From: Candidatus Humimicrobiaceae bacterium
Lineage (GTDB): Bacteria > Patescibacteriota > Minisyncoccia > Minisyncoccales > DG-74-1
Assembly (NCBI GenBank): GCA_035530555.1
Contig: DATKUR010000013.1
Coordinates: 239 to 64,238, forward strand
Length of the DNA: 64,000 nt
Direction: 5' to 3'
The notes below the pieces were generated by a model, which searched no databases, was not told the DNA's origin, and worked only from the letters and a program-made list of their open reading frames with translations. The position numbers and the translations under genes are program-made. Positions 1 through 9,603 of the stretch are shown piece after piece. Position 1 is the first letter of the stretch. Each line of letters starts with the position of its first letter.

Positions 1-2953
1 CTACGCTTTGCCAACTTGACCATCCAGCCGCACCGGTTCCTGGATACCTTGCTCTCACCTGGGCATAATAAGTGCCTCCACCAAAATTAATATTATTATA
101 TGGTGAAGACGAACAGCAGTAAGAACACGGCGGCACCCATTTCGTAGTGCCAGTATCCTCAGTCAAACAGGTACTGCAGTCTGGATAAGAAACTAAAGGG
201 CCACCTGCACAAGCCAGATCGCTACAGATTTGGATCTCATAATCATAGGGTTCTGTGGTATTAATATTCCAAAAGAACCTTGGGATCCGAGATTGGATAC
301 AGGGGTTAGGGAAATCCCAGTCAAAATCGGAAATTACAGGAGTGGGGATTTCTTCAAAGTTAGCTACAATAGTATAATCACCATTCATAGTGATGGTAGT
401 CGAGGGATCATTGACGTCAGCAATAGTGCCTACATCTCCGGTCCAGTTGACAAACCGATAGCCGCTATCAGCAGTTGCTACCAGGCTAACCACCGTGCCA
501 GCGTTGTAGGGAAAGATTCCTTCGCCAGGTACAGTGACCGAGCCGTCGGCTGAACTGCTTGTGGTCAGGTCGTAGGTAAGAAGGGCAAATTCTGCCTGGA
601 CCTGCTTATCAGAATCCATGGATAGAATACATGTTGGGTTAATGCCAGAGCAGGCGCCTGTCCAACCAACGAAATATGAGTCGGCAGCAGGATTTGCAGT
701 AAGGGTAATCGTCGTGCCTTCGTCAAAATAACGAGAGCAAGTGGCAGGTCCAACGCAATTAATGCCTGGTGGACTACTAGCGGCCGTACCATTGCCTATT
801 ATGTTAAGGGTAAGCTCTGGTGTTCCCGGGTCCGGTTCGCTTGCATAATAAGCTTTGACTGTAGTAGTAACATAGTCATACCACGTTCCTTCTCCTATAT
901 AGCAACCTAACCCATCAGGAGATACAGACTGACAACCACTCCAGCCACCAAATAACACTTCATTGTCCTCAGGATCAATAATACTTGATGTTGCCCAGAG
1001 AGTTCCAATAAATTCATCAGGATCATTTGTATTGGAAAACGTATAGGGTGTTTCCCCTGTTAGCATCGCCCCCTTGCCGATAATATTTACTCCTGCTATA
1101 GGGTCACTTCCCAAATAAGCTTCGACCTTAACTTTTCTCTGGATACTATAATAGGACGTAACAGAACCAGAAGTATAAATTATTGATCCCTTGCATTGTT
1201 CTTGACTACCCACTGGATCCGGTTTACAAAAATTACTAAATCTGAGGCCAGCAGGTTGCAAAATACCATCCTCAGAAGCATTAATCCTTAAAACAATATC
1301 TCTGATTTCTCCCGCCACGATTTTCGAATACATACTATTGTTGTATGTGACATCACGATAGCCATCTGGGCCCAGTAAATCGCTGGGAGTTCCCTCTATT
1401 TGTTCTATTCTTGTTATTATTTTATTAATAGCATCTTTCAAATCAGAAGACATTGCACCGGTATTCGTCAGTTGTCTGGTCCCAATGTTTAATCTACTAA
1501 CCCCAAAATACATTGTATATGTAAAACTATTATTCAACCATATTGTCCTATTCAGTATTTTTGCGTTATAAGCAGCTGATCCCGACAGCCAAAAACTAAA
1601 AGGTTCTTCGTTATAACTATCAGGAGCTTCGAGAGTATAATTATAATCTTGATAACCATAAAAGGTTTCGTTGGTTTCGTAATCTCCGGCTTCAGGAACT
1701 TCTGGGCCCCCAGGGTTATCGGGAGTTACTTCGGTTATCTTAAAGGGAACCCCGGTAACTGAATTTAAGGCAACATTACTGCGAATGTTCAACGTAGAGG
1801 GCTCTACCGGCTCTATGGTAAAAGGCCACACTGGAAGCTTTTTTTCATTTCCCACATAATCATATGCAATGGCATAATATTTATATGTTCTTGGCTCAAG
1901 GTATACTTCGTATTCTCCAGTATAGCCACACGAGCCGGGAAAAACCGGACGCGGCCAATCCGTATAAGAGCAGGTGTGTACTAGTTCCAGACTGCCACCG
2001 TAACCATCATCAAGATAAAAATCGATTTTATCTATACCACTAGCAAGGCCAGCAGTATCATCATAGAATCTCGCATATATGTAGGGTGCCTGTTCTTCTC
2101 CTTCCTGCCTTGGAGCGCCACCTCTATAATCAAGAAGTGGCGGAAGGGAATCAAAATAGAATATGCTACTTGCCTTCTCATTATAAAAAGTGGATGGGGT
2201 ATTCCTCATTAAACTAATTCTCCAAACATATTGTCCTTGTCCAGTCAAGGTTGGGAGAGGAAAAACAATTTCTCCTTCGCTAATGTCTACTGTTTTGCTG
2301 ATTGAGAACTTTTGTGCGGTTTCGGCATGTATAATTTCCATTTTTATCTCGGTAATATTCTCAGGACGCGGCTCTTTATTAACAAAAATTTTTATTCCCG
2401 TAGAAGACGCACTAATCCATTGGTTATTATCCGGAAAAAGATAGACAAGATTTGGCTCTGTTATAAGGAGAGTGAGATAAAGCGTTTTTGACCATTTCTT
2501 TTGATTAAGTCCTCCTCCGCCAAACCTGACATTATTAGTCGCCTTTATGGTATAGTAGTCATCTTTACTCGCTTCAATATCTAAGACCATCTGACCAGCG
2601 TCTTCTCCTGTTTCTATTTCACAGGGTGTTTCAAAAGAGGCGAGATCGTTCAATGTCCCGCTATCGTAAATAACATACCCTATTCCTAGGTCGCCCCCTA
2701 CCGGCTCCGGATAATAAATGGCTTTGATTCTAAGAGTGTCTGCCACAAGAGCGTTTCCTTCATAATCTTTCAGTTCAACGTAGGCCCGCCAGTATCCCGC
2801 GCTACAAGAAGCATCACCTGTAGTTCCTTGGTCCTGATACCATCCTGCAGTGAAATTAATAGCATAAGCTTCTTGCGGAATAAAAAATAAAAACCCGGCA
2901 AACAATAAAACACCGAAAAAAACTAAAAGCTTTTTTTGATTTGATGTTGTCAT
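1..2953 (-). CDS. Large secreted surface/adhesin-like protein, C-terminus lies beyond the window (about 984 codons visible)
   Basis: Missing from the ORF track because there is no in-window stop. Hand translation from ATG at 2953 gives MTTSNQKKLLVFFGVLLFAGFLFFIPQEAYA (signal peptide) and stays open to base 2. Two InlB-B-repeat-like modules lie at about 370-810: NIIGNGTAASSPPGINCVGPATCSRYFDEGTTITLTANPAADSYFVGWTGACSG, and YDLTTSSSADGSVTVPGEGIFPYNAGTVVSLVATADSGYRFVNWTGDVG. A Cys/Trp FN3-like module lies at 1-300 (CSYCCSSSPYNNINFGGGTYYAQVRARYPGTGAAGWSSWQSV). Confidence 0.8.
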   Translation of the reverse strand, partial: MTTSNQKKLLVFFGVLLFAGFLFFIPQEAYAINFTAGWYQDQGTTGDASCSAGYWRAYVELKDYEGNALVADTLRIKAIYYPEPVGGDLGIGYVIYDSGTLNDLASFETPCEIETGEDAGQMVLDIEASKDDYYTIKATNNVRFGGGGLNQKKWSKTLYLTLLITEPNLVYLFPDNNQWISASSTGIKIFVNKEPRPENITEIKMEIIHAETAQKFSISKTVDISEGEIVFPLPTLTGQGQYVWRISLMRNTPSTFYNEKASSIFYFDSLPPLLDYRGGAPRQEGEEQAPYIYARFYDDTAGLASGIDKIDFYLDDGYGGSLELVHTCSYTDWPRPVFPGSCGYTGEYEVYLEPRTYKYYAIAYDYVGNEKKLPVWPFTIEPVEPSTLNIRSNVALNSVTGVPFKITEVTPDNPGGPEVPEAGDYETNETFYGYQDYNYTLEAPDSYNEEPFSFWLSGSAAYNAKILNRTIWLNNSFTYTMYFGVSRLNIGTRQLTNTGAMSSDLKDAINKIITRIEQIEGTPSDLLGPDGYRDVTYNNSMYSKIVAGEIRDIVLRINASEDGILQPAGLRFSNFCKPDPVGSQEQCKGSIIYTSGSVTSYYSIQRKVKVEAYLGSDPIAGVNIIGKGAMLTGETPYTFSNTNDPDEFIGTLWATSSIIDPEDNEVLFGGWSGCQSVSPDGLGCYIGEGTWYDYVTTTVKAYYASEPDPGTPELTLNIIGNGTAASSPPGINCVGPATCSRYFDEGTTITLTANPAADSYFVGWTGACSGINPTCILSMDSDKQVQAEFALLTYDLTTSSSADGSVTVPGEGIFPYNAGTVVSLVATADSGYRFVNWTGDVGTIADVNDPSTTITMNGDYTIVANFEEIPTPVISDFDWDFPNPCIQSRIPRFFWNINTTEPYDYEIQICSDLACAGGPLVSYPDCSTCLTEDTGTTKWVPPCSYCCSSSPYNNINFGGGTYYAQVRARYPGTGAAGWSSWQSV

Positions 2954-2958
2954 AATAT

Positions 2959-3387
2959 TTAAAATGAAGTTTCCACTTGGATTAATCTAGCTAAAAGAAT
3001 TCCATTTTCTGCCGAAAGGTAGAAAACCGTGGTCTGGGTTTCTTGTTTAACTTTTTTAAGCTCTTCTTCAAGGAAAAGATCGGGCTGGTAGAGGTTAAAG
3101 GTTGCTTTCGAAAAAATAGTCTCTTTGTCTGTTTTGAAGGTTTTTTGGTTAACCTTCATTGTCTCTGTGTTGAAATATAGAATAGTTATTTCTGATTTAG
3201 CTTCGTCAAACTCTAAAAACTTTCCGCTAAGAGAGGGCAGTTCCAAGTATGAATGGAATTTTTGTTCAGGTAGAAAAACTTCTAGGGGCGGAAGAATCTC
3301 CTGCTTTTGTAAGAAAAACTCAACGATAATGCCAGCTAAAATTAAAGTAGCTATCGCTATAACTATAATGAGGTAGCTTCTTTTCAT
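2959..3387 (-). CDS. Hypothetical N-terminally membrane-anchored protein (142 aa)
   Basis: ATG-started ORF with one N-terminal hydrophobic helix (YLIIVIAIATLILAGIIVEFF). Its stop lies 6 nt upstream of the start of the large surface protein gene, so it is probably co-transcribed. Confidence 0.6.
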   Translation of the reverse strand: MKRSYLIIVIAIATLILAGIIVEFFLQKQEILPPLEVFLPEQKFHSYLELPSLSGKFLEFDEAKSEITILYFNTETMKVNQKTFKTDKETIFSKATFNLYQPDLFLEEELKKVKQETQTTVFYLSAENGILLARLIQVETSF

Positions 3388-3420
3388 GCTGGTTTCATAA
3401 TATCACAATTCAAAACAAAC

Positions 3421-3444
3421 AAAAAAGCCCCGCGGCTGCGGGGC
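3421..3444 (-). terminator. Rho-independent terminator downstream of clpP
   Basis: On the minus strand: GCCCCGC-AGCC-GCGGGGC (perfect 7-bp GC stem, 4-nt loop) followed by TTTTTT. It sits 5 nt after the clpP stop. Confidence 0.7.
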
Positions 3445-3448
3445 TGCT

Positions 3449-4033
3449 TTATTCTTTCGTTTTTATCACCTCATCGATCAACCCGTATTCTTTAGCTTCC
3501 AGAGCTGACAAATAGAAGTCGCGGTCGGTATCTTTTTCGATTCTCTCTAAGGGCTGGCCAGTATGCTTGGCCAAGATTTTATTTAATTTGTCTTTGATTT
3601 TGATAATCTGTTTGGCCGTAATCTCCACTTCCACTGCTTCGCCGGTAATTCCGCCCATAACCTGATGGAGCAAAACCTCGGCATTGGGCAAGGCGAATCT
3701 TTTTCCTTTGGCGCCGGAAGCCAAAAGAGTGGCCGCCATAGAGCCGGCCAGACCAACGCAGACCGTGGAAACCGGGCATTTAATATATTGCATCGTGTCG
3801 TAAATGGCCAAGCCAGCCGTGACCACGCCGCCCGGAGAGTTGATGTAAAACTGGATGTCCTTTTCCGGGTCTCGGGATGCCAAAAATAAAAACTGGGCAA
3901 TAATAGAATTGGCCACGGCGTCAGCGACGGGACCCCCCAAAAAAACTATCCTGTCTTTCAACAAGCGGGAATAGATATCGTAAGCACGCTCTCCGTATTG
4001 GGTTTTTTCAATTACCGTGGGAATTAAGTTCAT
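3449..4033 (-). CDS. clpP: ATP-dependent Clp protease proteolytic subunit
   Basis: 194 aa. Family-typical N-terminus ([30 protein letters not shown]), catalytic Ser context GLAGSMAA, and His context LLHQVMGG. Confidence 0.95.
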   Translation of the reverse strand: MNLIPTVIEKTQYGERAYDIYSRLLKDRIVFLGGPVADAVANSIIAQFLFLASRDPEKDIQFYINSPGGVVTAGLAIYDTMQYIKCPVSTVCVGLAGSMAATLLASGAKGKRFALPNAEVLLHQVMGGITGEAVEVEITAKQIIKIKDKLNKILAKHTGQPLERIEKDTDRDFYLSALEAKEYGLIDEVIKTKE

Positions 4034-4037
4034 ATGT

Positions 4038-6029
4038 TTATTTTACCAAAAAACTAATAATTAACAACGCCACTATATTAAGAACTTTTATCATCGGATT
4101 TAATGCCGGACCTGCGGTGTCCTTGTAAGGATCTCCGACGGTGTCTCCGGTAACAGCTGCTTTGTGAGCAAAAGAACCCTTGCCTCCTAAATTTCCCTCT
4201 TCGATATATTTTTTGGCATTATCCCAAGCCGCTCCGCCAGAGGTCATTTTAATGGCTAAGAAAATACCAACAATGATTGAACCAATCAAAAGACCTCCCA
4301 GGGCTTCCGGTCCCAAGGTGAAATAAATCAAAACCGGGAAAATTAAAGGCAGAAAAGCTGGCAGAATCATTTCTTTCAAAGCTGCTTTAGTAACAATATC
4401 AACGCATTTTGAATATTCCGGCCTGGCCTGACCCTCCATTAGTCCCGGAATCTCTCTGAACTGTCTCCTGACTTCTTCAACTACTTTACCGGCCGTCTTG
4501 CCCACTGCGGTCAGGGCCAGGGAGGCGAAATAATAGGTAATTATTCCGCCAAAGAATAAACCAACCAGAACCTTCGGATCGTCCAAGAGGAACTGAACTT
4601 CTTTTCCGGTCTTCAGTAATTCCTGGGTATAGGCTGAGAATAAAACCAAGGCAGCCAAGCCGGCAGAAGCTATAGCATACCCTTTAGTAGTAGCTTTGGT
4701 AGTATTACCGATCGCGTCTAAGGCATCAGTGTTTTTTCTTACTTCCTCTGGAAGGCCAGCCATTTCGGCAATTCCCGAGGCATTGTCAGTAATCGGACCG
4801 TAGGAATCTATAGCAATAATTAAACCGGCCAGAGAAAGCATAGCCACGGCAGCAATGGCCAGCCCATACATACCAGCTAAATTAAAACTGATTAAAATAC
4901 CAAGAGAAATTAAAATTACCGGCCAGATAGTCGATTTCATCCCTACGGCCAGACCGCTAATGATATTTGGGCCGTGACCGAATTGGGAAGCTTGGGCAAT
5001 GGATCTGACCGGCCAATATTTTTTTGAAGTGAAAAAATCAGTAATCAAAAACATTCCGCCGGCAATTAAAAGACCGATGACAACCGGCAAATAGAGATTA
5101 ACCGAGGCTATTTCCAAGCTTTGAGCAGTCTGAGAAATTATTGGATAAAAGCCAATAGCTGATAAAACCCCGGCAATAATAAGGCCACGGAAAAGAGCCT
5201 GGATTGGGTTTCCAGTTTCTTTAAGCTTAACAAAATAAGTTGAAATAATTGAAGCTAAAATGGCTATAGCAGCCAAATAAATAGGTAAAATGACTGCCGT
5301 AAACTGGTTGGGACCGGGAAACATTAAAGCAGCTAAAACCATAGCCGCCACTATCGTCACCACGTAGGTTTCAAACAAATCAGCCGCCATACCAGCACAA
5401 TCACCAACATTATCGCCTACCTGATCAGCAATAACCGCCGGGTTTCTGGGGTCATCCTCAGGGATTCCTTCTTCAATCTTTCCCACCAAATCAGCCCCAA
5501 CATCAGCTGCTTTGGTATAAATACCGCCGGCTAATCTGGCAAAAACCGAAATTAAAGAACCGCCAAAGCCCAAAGCGATTAAAACTTCTAAATCGTTAAA
5601 AAGAAAATAAAGGCCGGAAATAACTAAAAGTCCCAGGCCAACGACCAAAAATCCGGTGACCGAACCACCCTTGAAAGATAAATCAAAAGCCGGCTTCAAG
5701 CCGGATTTGGCAGCCTCAGTCACCTTAAGATTGGCCTGAGTAGATATCATCATACCAATTAAACCAGCTAAACCAGAGGCGGACGCGCCAATCAAAAAGC
5801 CAAAAGCCATCTTCCAGCCTAAAATCAACCAGAGAAGAAGAAATAAAAAGATCCCGACAATACTACATGTCTTATATTGCCTCTTCAAAAAAGCGATTGC
5901 CCCTTCTCTGATTGCTTGAGCGATTTCAATCTGCTTACCCGAGCCGGAAGAAGCTTTTTTGACTTTTCTAATCAAGAAACAAGCAAAAAATAAACTAAAG
6001 ACTGAAACAATGGTTGGAAAAAATAACAT
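4038..6029 (-). CDS. hppA: Membrane-integral H+-translocating pyrophosphatase
   Basis: 663 aa, highly polytopic. Signature motifs [18 protein letters not shown] and [16 protein letters not shown]. The Lys in GNTTKA is the residue associated with the K+-independent subfamily (established knowledge, not tested here). Confidence 0.93.
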   Translation of the reverse strand: MLFFPTIVSVFSLFFACFLIRKVKKASSGSGKQIEIAQAIREGAIAFLKRQYKTCSIVGIFLFLLLWLILGWKMAFGFLIGASASGLAGLIGMMISTQANLKVTEAAKSGLKPAFDLSFKGGSVTGFLVVGLGLLVISGLYFLFNDLEVLIALGFGGSLISVFARLAGGIYTKAADVGADLVGKIEEGIPEDDPRNPAVIADQVGDNVGDCAGMAADLFETYVVTIVAAMVLAALMFPGPNQFTAVILPIYLAAIAILASIISTYFVKLKETGNPIQALFRGLIIAGVLSAIGFYPIISQTAQSLEIASVNLYLPVVIGLLIAGGMFLITDFFTSKKYWPVRSIAQASQFGHGPNIISGLAVGMKSTIWPVILISLGILISFNLAGMYGLAIAAVAMLSLAGLIIAIDSYGPITDNASGIAEMAGLPEEVRKNTDALDAIGNTTKATTKGYAIASAGLAALVLFSAYTQELLKTGKEVQFLLDDPKVLVGLFFGGIITYYFASLALTAVGKTAGKVVEEVRRQFREIPGLMEGQARPEYSKCVDIVTKAALKEMILPAFLPLIFPVLIYFTLGPEALGGLLIGSIIVGIFLAIKMTSGGAAWDNAKKYIEEGNLGGKGSFAHKAAVTGDTVGDPYKDTAGPALNPMIKVLNIVALLIISFLVK

Positions 6030-6053
6030 AATAATTTACGAATTTTTTAATTT

Positions 6054-7280
6054 TTATTCTTTTGGTTTCTTCTTCTTGGTCTTTTTCTTTTCTTTTTTTT
6101 CTTCCTCTTCGGTTTCTGCTTTGTACTGTTCTTCATCTGCTCCTTCGGGGCTTCTGACGTCTATCTTCCAGCCGGTAAGCTTGGCAGCCAATCTGACATT
6201 TTGGCCGTTCTTGCCAATAGCTAAAGACAGTTGATCTTCTGCGACAACAGCTAAAGCTTTATTTTTAGGTCTAATTCTGACCTCTAACACCTTGGCCGGA
6301 CTTAAAGAATTGGCAATATAAGTTTCCGGCTCTTCGGAATATTCAATAATATCAATTTTTTCTCCGCCTAATTCGTTAATCACTGCTTGAACTCTGGTGC
6401 CTCTTTGACCGACCGCGCTACCGATAGGGTCAACTCCTTCAACCTTTGAGGCGACAGCGATTTTCGTCCTAGAACCCGACTCTCGGGCGATCGATTTAAT
6501 TTCTACCTGGCCGGCAGAAATCTCCGGAACCTCTAATTCAAAAAGTTTGGAAACTAATCGAGGGTAAGCTCGGGAAAGGAAAATAACCGGGCCCTTAGGT
6601 CCTTCTTCAACTTTTAAAAGGAAGAGTCTTAATCTCTGTCCTGGCCGATAAAACTCGCCCGGCACCTGCTCCTCTTTGATCAATATCCCTAAGGTCTTGC
6701 CGATATCAAGAAAAATGTTTTTTCCTTCTATCCTTTGAACAATCCCGGAAATAATCTCGCCCTCTTTTGTTTTGTATTCCGTCAAAATGCTTTCCCTTTC
6801 TGCCTCTCTGATTTTTTGCAGGATAACCTGTTTGGCGGTCTGAGCGGCAATACGGCCGTAGTCGCCCTTTGGCTCTAAAAGAATTTCCAACTCTTCTCCG
6901 GTTTTTATTTTCGGCTTTATTTTTTTCGCTTCCTCTAACAAAATATGCTTTTCCGGATTAAACCGGATCTTTTCTTCGTCCTCTCCAGTCTTAGCTAAGG
7001 AAGGCCCTTCTTCAATGTTTTTTTCTCTCTTCTCCTTCAGCTTCTCCAGTTCTTCTTCGGTATAAATCATCGATTTCGTAACCACTGATTTTATCTGCCA
7101 AAATTGAAGTTCGCCTGACCGATGATCAAGTTTGCATTTAATTACCTGGCCTTTTCCCCCGTATTCTTTTTTGTAGGCCGCGGCGATGGCTGATTCAATG
7201 GTTTCCCAAATCTTTTCTGGGGAAATTCCCTTTTCTTCAGCAATTTGAGCAATCGCCGAGGCAAATGACTTTATGTCCAT
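6054..7280 (-). CDS. nusA: Transcription termination/antitermination factor NusA with a Lys/Glu-rich tail
   Basis: 408 aa. NusA N-terminal domain, an S1-like segment, and two KH motifs (GQRGTRVQAVINELGGEKIDII and AIGKNGQNVRLAAKLTGWKIDV). C-terminal tail EEEEKKEKKKTKKKKPKE. Confidence 0.93.
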   Translation of the reverse strand: MDIKSFASAIAQIAEEKGISPEKIWETIESAIAAAYKKEYGGKGQVIKCKLDHRSGELQFWQIKSVVTKSMIYTEEELEKLKEKREKNIEEGPSLAKTGEDEEKIRFNPEKHILLEEAKKIKPKIKTGEELEILLEPKGDYGRIAAQTAKQVILQKIREAERESILTEYKTKEGEIISGIVQRIEGKNIFLDIGKTLGILIKEEQVPGEFYRPGQRLRLFLLKVEEGPKGPVIFLSRAYPRLVSKLFELEVPEISAGQVEIKSIARESGSRTKIAVASKVEGVDPIGSAVGQRGTRVQAVINELGGEKIDIIEYSEEPETYIANSLSPAKVLEVRIRPKNKALAVVAEDQLSLAIGKNGQNVRLAAKLTGWKIDVRSPEGADEEQYKAETEEEEKKEKKKTKKKKPKE

Positions 7281-7329
7281 ATTAATAAATCTGTCCGTTT
7301 GCCACGGACTATTTTAGCTTATCAAATCT

Positions 7330-7992
7330 TTACCACCAGGTCAATTTGTTTATTATTCTTGTTATTCTTAACCCCGAACAGGGCTTATCATTATCAAAAA
7401 TCAGTCGGTTGCTAATAAGGGTCGATTTCTCTTTTGCTAGAAAAATTTCTCTGACCGGACTCAGTCTCTTAACAAAAATTGGCGCCAAAGACGCCAAGAT
7501 CAAAATGCTAACGGTTTGAAACTGGCCGAAATAAACCGAAAGAAAAAAAGAGACAGCTAAGAAAAAAAATGTTCCGATTGAGGAGTTCCAAACTAGAGAT
7601 ATTAATATAAAAGGAATAACTGAAAAACCAGCTAGTTTTGGACTAAGAGCTAAAAAGGCGCCTAAAAAAGCGCCGACCCCCCGGCCTCCGGCAAACTTCA
7701 TAAAACAAGACCAATTATTACCCATAACCGCGGCTGCCCCACAAAGAGCCTGGAAAGGAAGAGATAGGCCAAAATTCTGAGCCAAGAAAACAGCCAAAAA
7801 ACCCTTGCCAATATCACAAAAACCGGTAGCTATCCCTTGCCAGACGCCAACATATCTAAAAACATTGGAGCCTGAACTTTTCCGCCAGCCAATTTTAAAA
7901 ATTTCCTTTCCTGAAATCTTAGAAAAAATAAAGCCGAAAGGAATCGAGCCCAAAAGATAACTAATAATGATAATGGCTATTGACAATGACAT
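7330..7992 (-). CDS. Divergent PlsY-family (acyl-phosphate:glycerol-3-phosphate acyltransferase-like) membrane protein
   Basis: PlsY-like N-terminus (IIIISYLLGSIPFGFIFSKISGKEIFKIG) and FAGGRGV motif. The GSGNxGxTN motif is degenerate (SSGSNVFRYVG). I prefer the internal ATG at 7992 (MSLSIAIII) because the track start at 8019 overlaps degV by 23 nt. Confidence 0.7.
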   Translation of the reverse strand: MSLSIAIIIISYLLGSIPFGFIFSKISGKEIFKIGWRKSSGSNVFRYVGVWQGIATGFCDIGKGFLAVFLAQNFGLSLPFQALCGAAAVMGNNWSCFMKFAGGRGVGAFLGAFLALSPKLAGFSVIPFILISLVWNSSIGTFFFLAVSFFLSVYFGQFQTVSILILASLAPIFVKRLSPVREIFLAKEKSTLISNRLIFDNDKPCSGLRITRIINKLTWW

Positions 7993-7996
7993 CTGA

Positions 7997-8899
7997 TTAG
8001 ATGGGCAAGCAGCCGGCAATAAGGGTGCCGGGACCAGAATTAGTGCCGATAATCGGCGGGACCAAAGAAATAAAAGCCACCTCTGAGGCCAGCTCTTTTT
8101 CCACTCTCTCTTTTAGTTGGTAAGCTAAATCAATGTTGTCAGTGTAATTTATTCCTATTCTTAATTTGCCGGATTTTTTGCTTTGATGCTTTAATTGATG
8201 GAAAATGGCTTTAAAAGTGTCCTTGGTCCAGAAATTAAAGCCAGTCAGACCAACCCTTCCCCTCTTTAAGCCAAGCATGGGCTGAACTCCTAAGGTTTTT
8301 AAAATCTTAAAGGCGGCCGCCTGTCGGGAAGACATTCGGCCAATTTTTTCTACCCAATAAGTTGTTTTCAAAAAGCCAAAAAATTTGATTTTCTCCTTGA
8401 GGCTATTTAAGGTTTTTAAAATTTCCTCTAAGTTCTTGCCTTCTTGAATAAGCTCAGCCGCTCTAAGGGTTAAAAGTCCTTCGGGGGTAGCCGCAGCCAG
8501 AGAATCAAAAATTTCAATTTTTGAAGGATCGGGCATAAATTCTTTTGCCTGCATAGCTGAGCTGTAAGTGGCTGATAATTTAGAAGACAAAGTAATCACC
8601 AGTACTTTTTCGAATTTATCTAAAGTTTTTTTATAAGCTTTTAAATAGTCTCCTGGCGAAGGCGCCGAAGTTTTTGGCCCGGCTTTGGTTTCTCTCATTA
8701 TCTGATATAAGTTCTTCTCGGGAAATTTATCCCATTCGGGAAAATATAATTTTATTCTAACAATCTCGATTTGAAAATCATTAATTATTTTTTCCGACAG
8801 AGCGCAAACATCATCAACAATAAGGCCGATCCTTCGGCTTTGGCCCTCGGCTGAGCTCGGTCGAACGCCCCCAAGGTTAGACTGAAATTTTTGAGGCAT
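7997..8899 (-). CDS. DegV-family fatty-acid-binding protein (FakB-like)
   Basis: 300 aa. DegV core motifs (GPKTSAPSPGDYLKAYKK, ITLSSKLSATYSSAMQA, GTNSGPGTLIAG). A 22-aa GC-rich N-terminal extension is absent from the paralog at 40255..41133. Confidence 0.85.
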   Translation of the reverse strand: MPQKFQSNLGGVRPSSAEGQSRRIGLIVDDVCALSEKIINDFQIEIVRIKLYFPEWDKFPEKNLYQIMRETKAGPKTSAPSPGDYLKAYKKTLDKFEKVLVITLSSKLSATYSSAMQAKEFMPDPSKIEIFDSLAAATPEGLLTLRAAELIQEGKNLEEILKTLNSLKEKIKFFGFLKTTYWVEKIGRMSSRQAAAFKILKTLGVQPMLGLKRGRVGLTGFNFWTKDTFKAIFHQLKHQSKKSGKLRIGINYTDNIDLAYQLKERVEKELASEVAFISLVPPIIGTNSGPGTLIAGCLPI

Positions 8900-8909
8900 G
8901 ATTTTTCTT

Positions 8910-9587
8910 TCAGTCGCCGTTAATTTTCTCGCCCAAAAAATAGCCTTTGAATCTGGGGATATTTTTTATTAGCAATAAAATTGTTCCAGCAGCTATTGGC
9001 AGAAAGATTTGAGGGTCATAAAAATAAAGAGCCACCAGACCGAAAAAGAGTCCGGCGAACCTGCCAGCCATTTGCTTACCAAAAATTGAAATAATGACCG
9101 ATATTTTTTTCCAGTTTATTTTTGTTTCAAAGCCGGTTTTTTCTAAGATGATCTGAGCCAAGATTGTGCAAAATACTACTGGTAAGCCCCATACTATAAG
9201 AGAGAAAATATCTAAATAAAGCAAAATCCCAATGAGACAGGCCGCGCCCCGACCGCCGGCAAATTTCAGAAAAATAGAGTAATTATGACCCAAAACAACA
9301 AAAAAACCGGCCATTATCAAGGCTAAAGAATTAAAAGGTAAAAAAAATTGGGCAAGAAAAATAGAAAAAGCGCCCTTAGCCATATCAACTATCAAAACAA
9401 CTAAAAACCCGACGACGGCCAGCTTCTTTGATTTTTCTTTTAAGGCCCGGACAGTATTCATTGCACCAACATTTCCCGAGCCAATCTTTCTAACATCCTG
9501 ACCGGTAAACTTTTTAACAAAAAAATAAGCCGTCGGAAAAGAACCAACGAGATAAGCAACGAGAGAAATTAAAAAGAAATTAACCAT
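8910..9587 (-). CDS. PlsY-family acyltransferase paralog
   Basis: 225 aa. LVAYLVGSFPTAYFFVKKFTGQDVRKIGSGNVGAMNTVR and FAGGRGAA motifs. Polytopic. Confidence 0.8.
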   Translation of the reverse strand: MVNFFLISLVAYLVGSFPTAYFFVKKFTGQDVRKIGSGNVGAMNTVRALKEKSKKLAVVGFLVVLIVDMAKGAFSIFLAQFFLPFNSLALIMAGFFVVLGHNYSIFLKFAGGRGAACLIGILLYLDIFSLIVWGLPVVFCTILAQIILEKTGFETKINWKKISVIISIFGKQMAGRFAGLFFGLVALYFYDPQIFLPIAAGTILLLIKNIPRFKGYFLGEKINGD

Positions 9588-9603
9588 TGAAAATTAGAAA
9601 TTT

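Noticed and set aside
230-2444. Track ORFs 230..553 (+), 565..792 (-) and 2190..2444 (+).
   Set aside because: All lie inside the 984-codon minus-strand ORF that runs off the window edge. That ORF has a signal peptide and recognisable repeat domains, whereas these small ORFs have no motifs.
3579-3900. Alternative-frame ORFs (66, 105 and 74 aa) overlapping clpP.
   Set aside because: They are Arg/Pro/Trp-rich translations of off-frames of a highly conserved gene. No independent support.
7281-7329. Hairpins GTCCG-tttgcca-CGGAC (near 7293) and ATGAATC-aga-GATTCAT (near 30995) as terminators.
   Set aside because: The stems are short and lack a convincing U-tract on the transcribed strand, so they are too weak to annotate.
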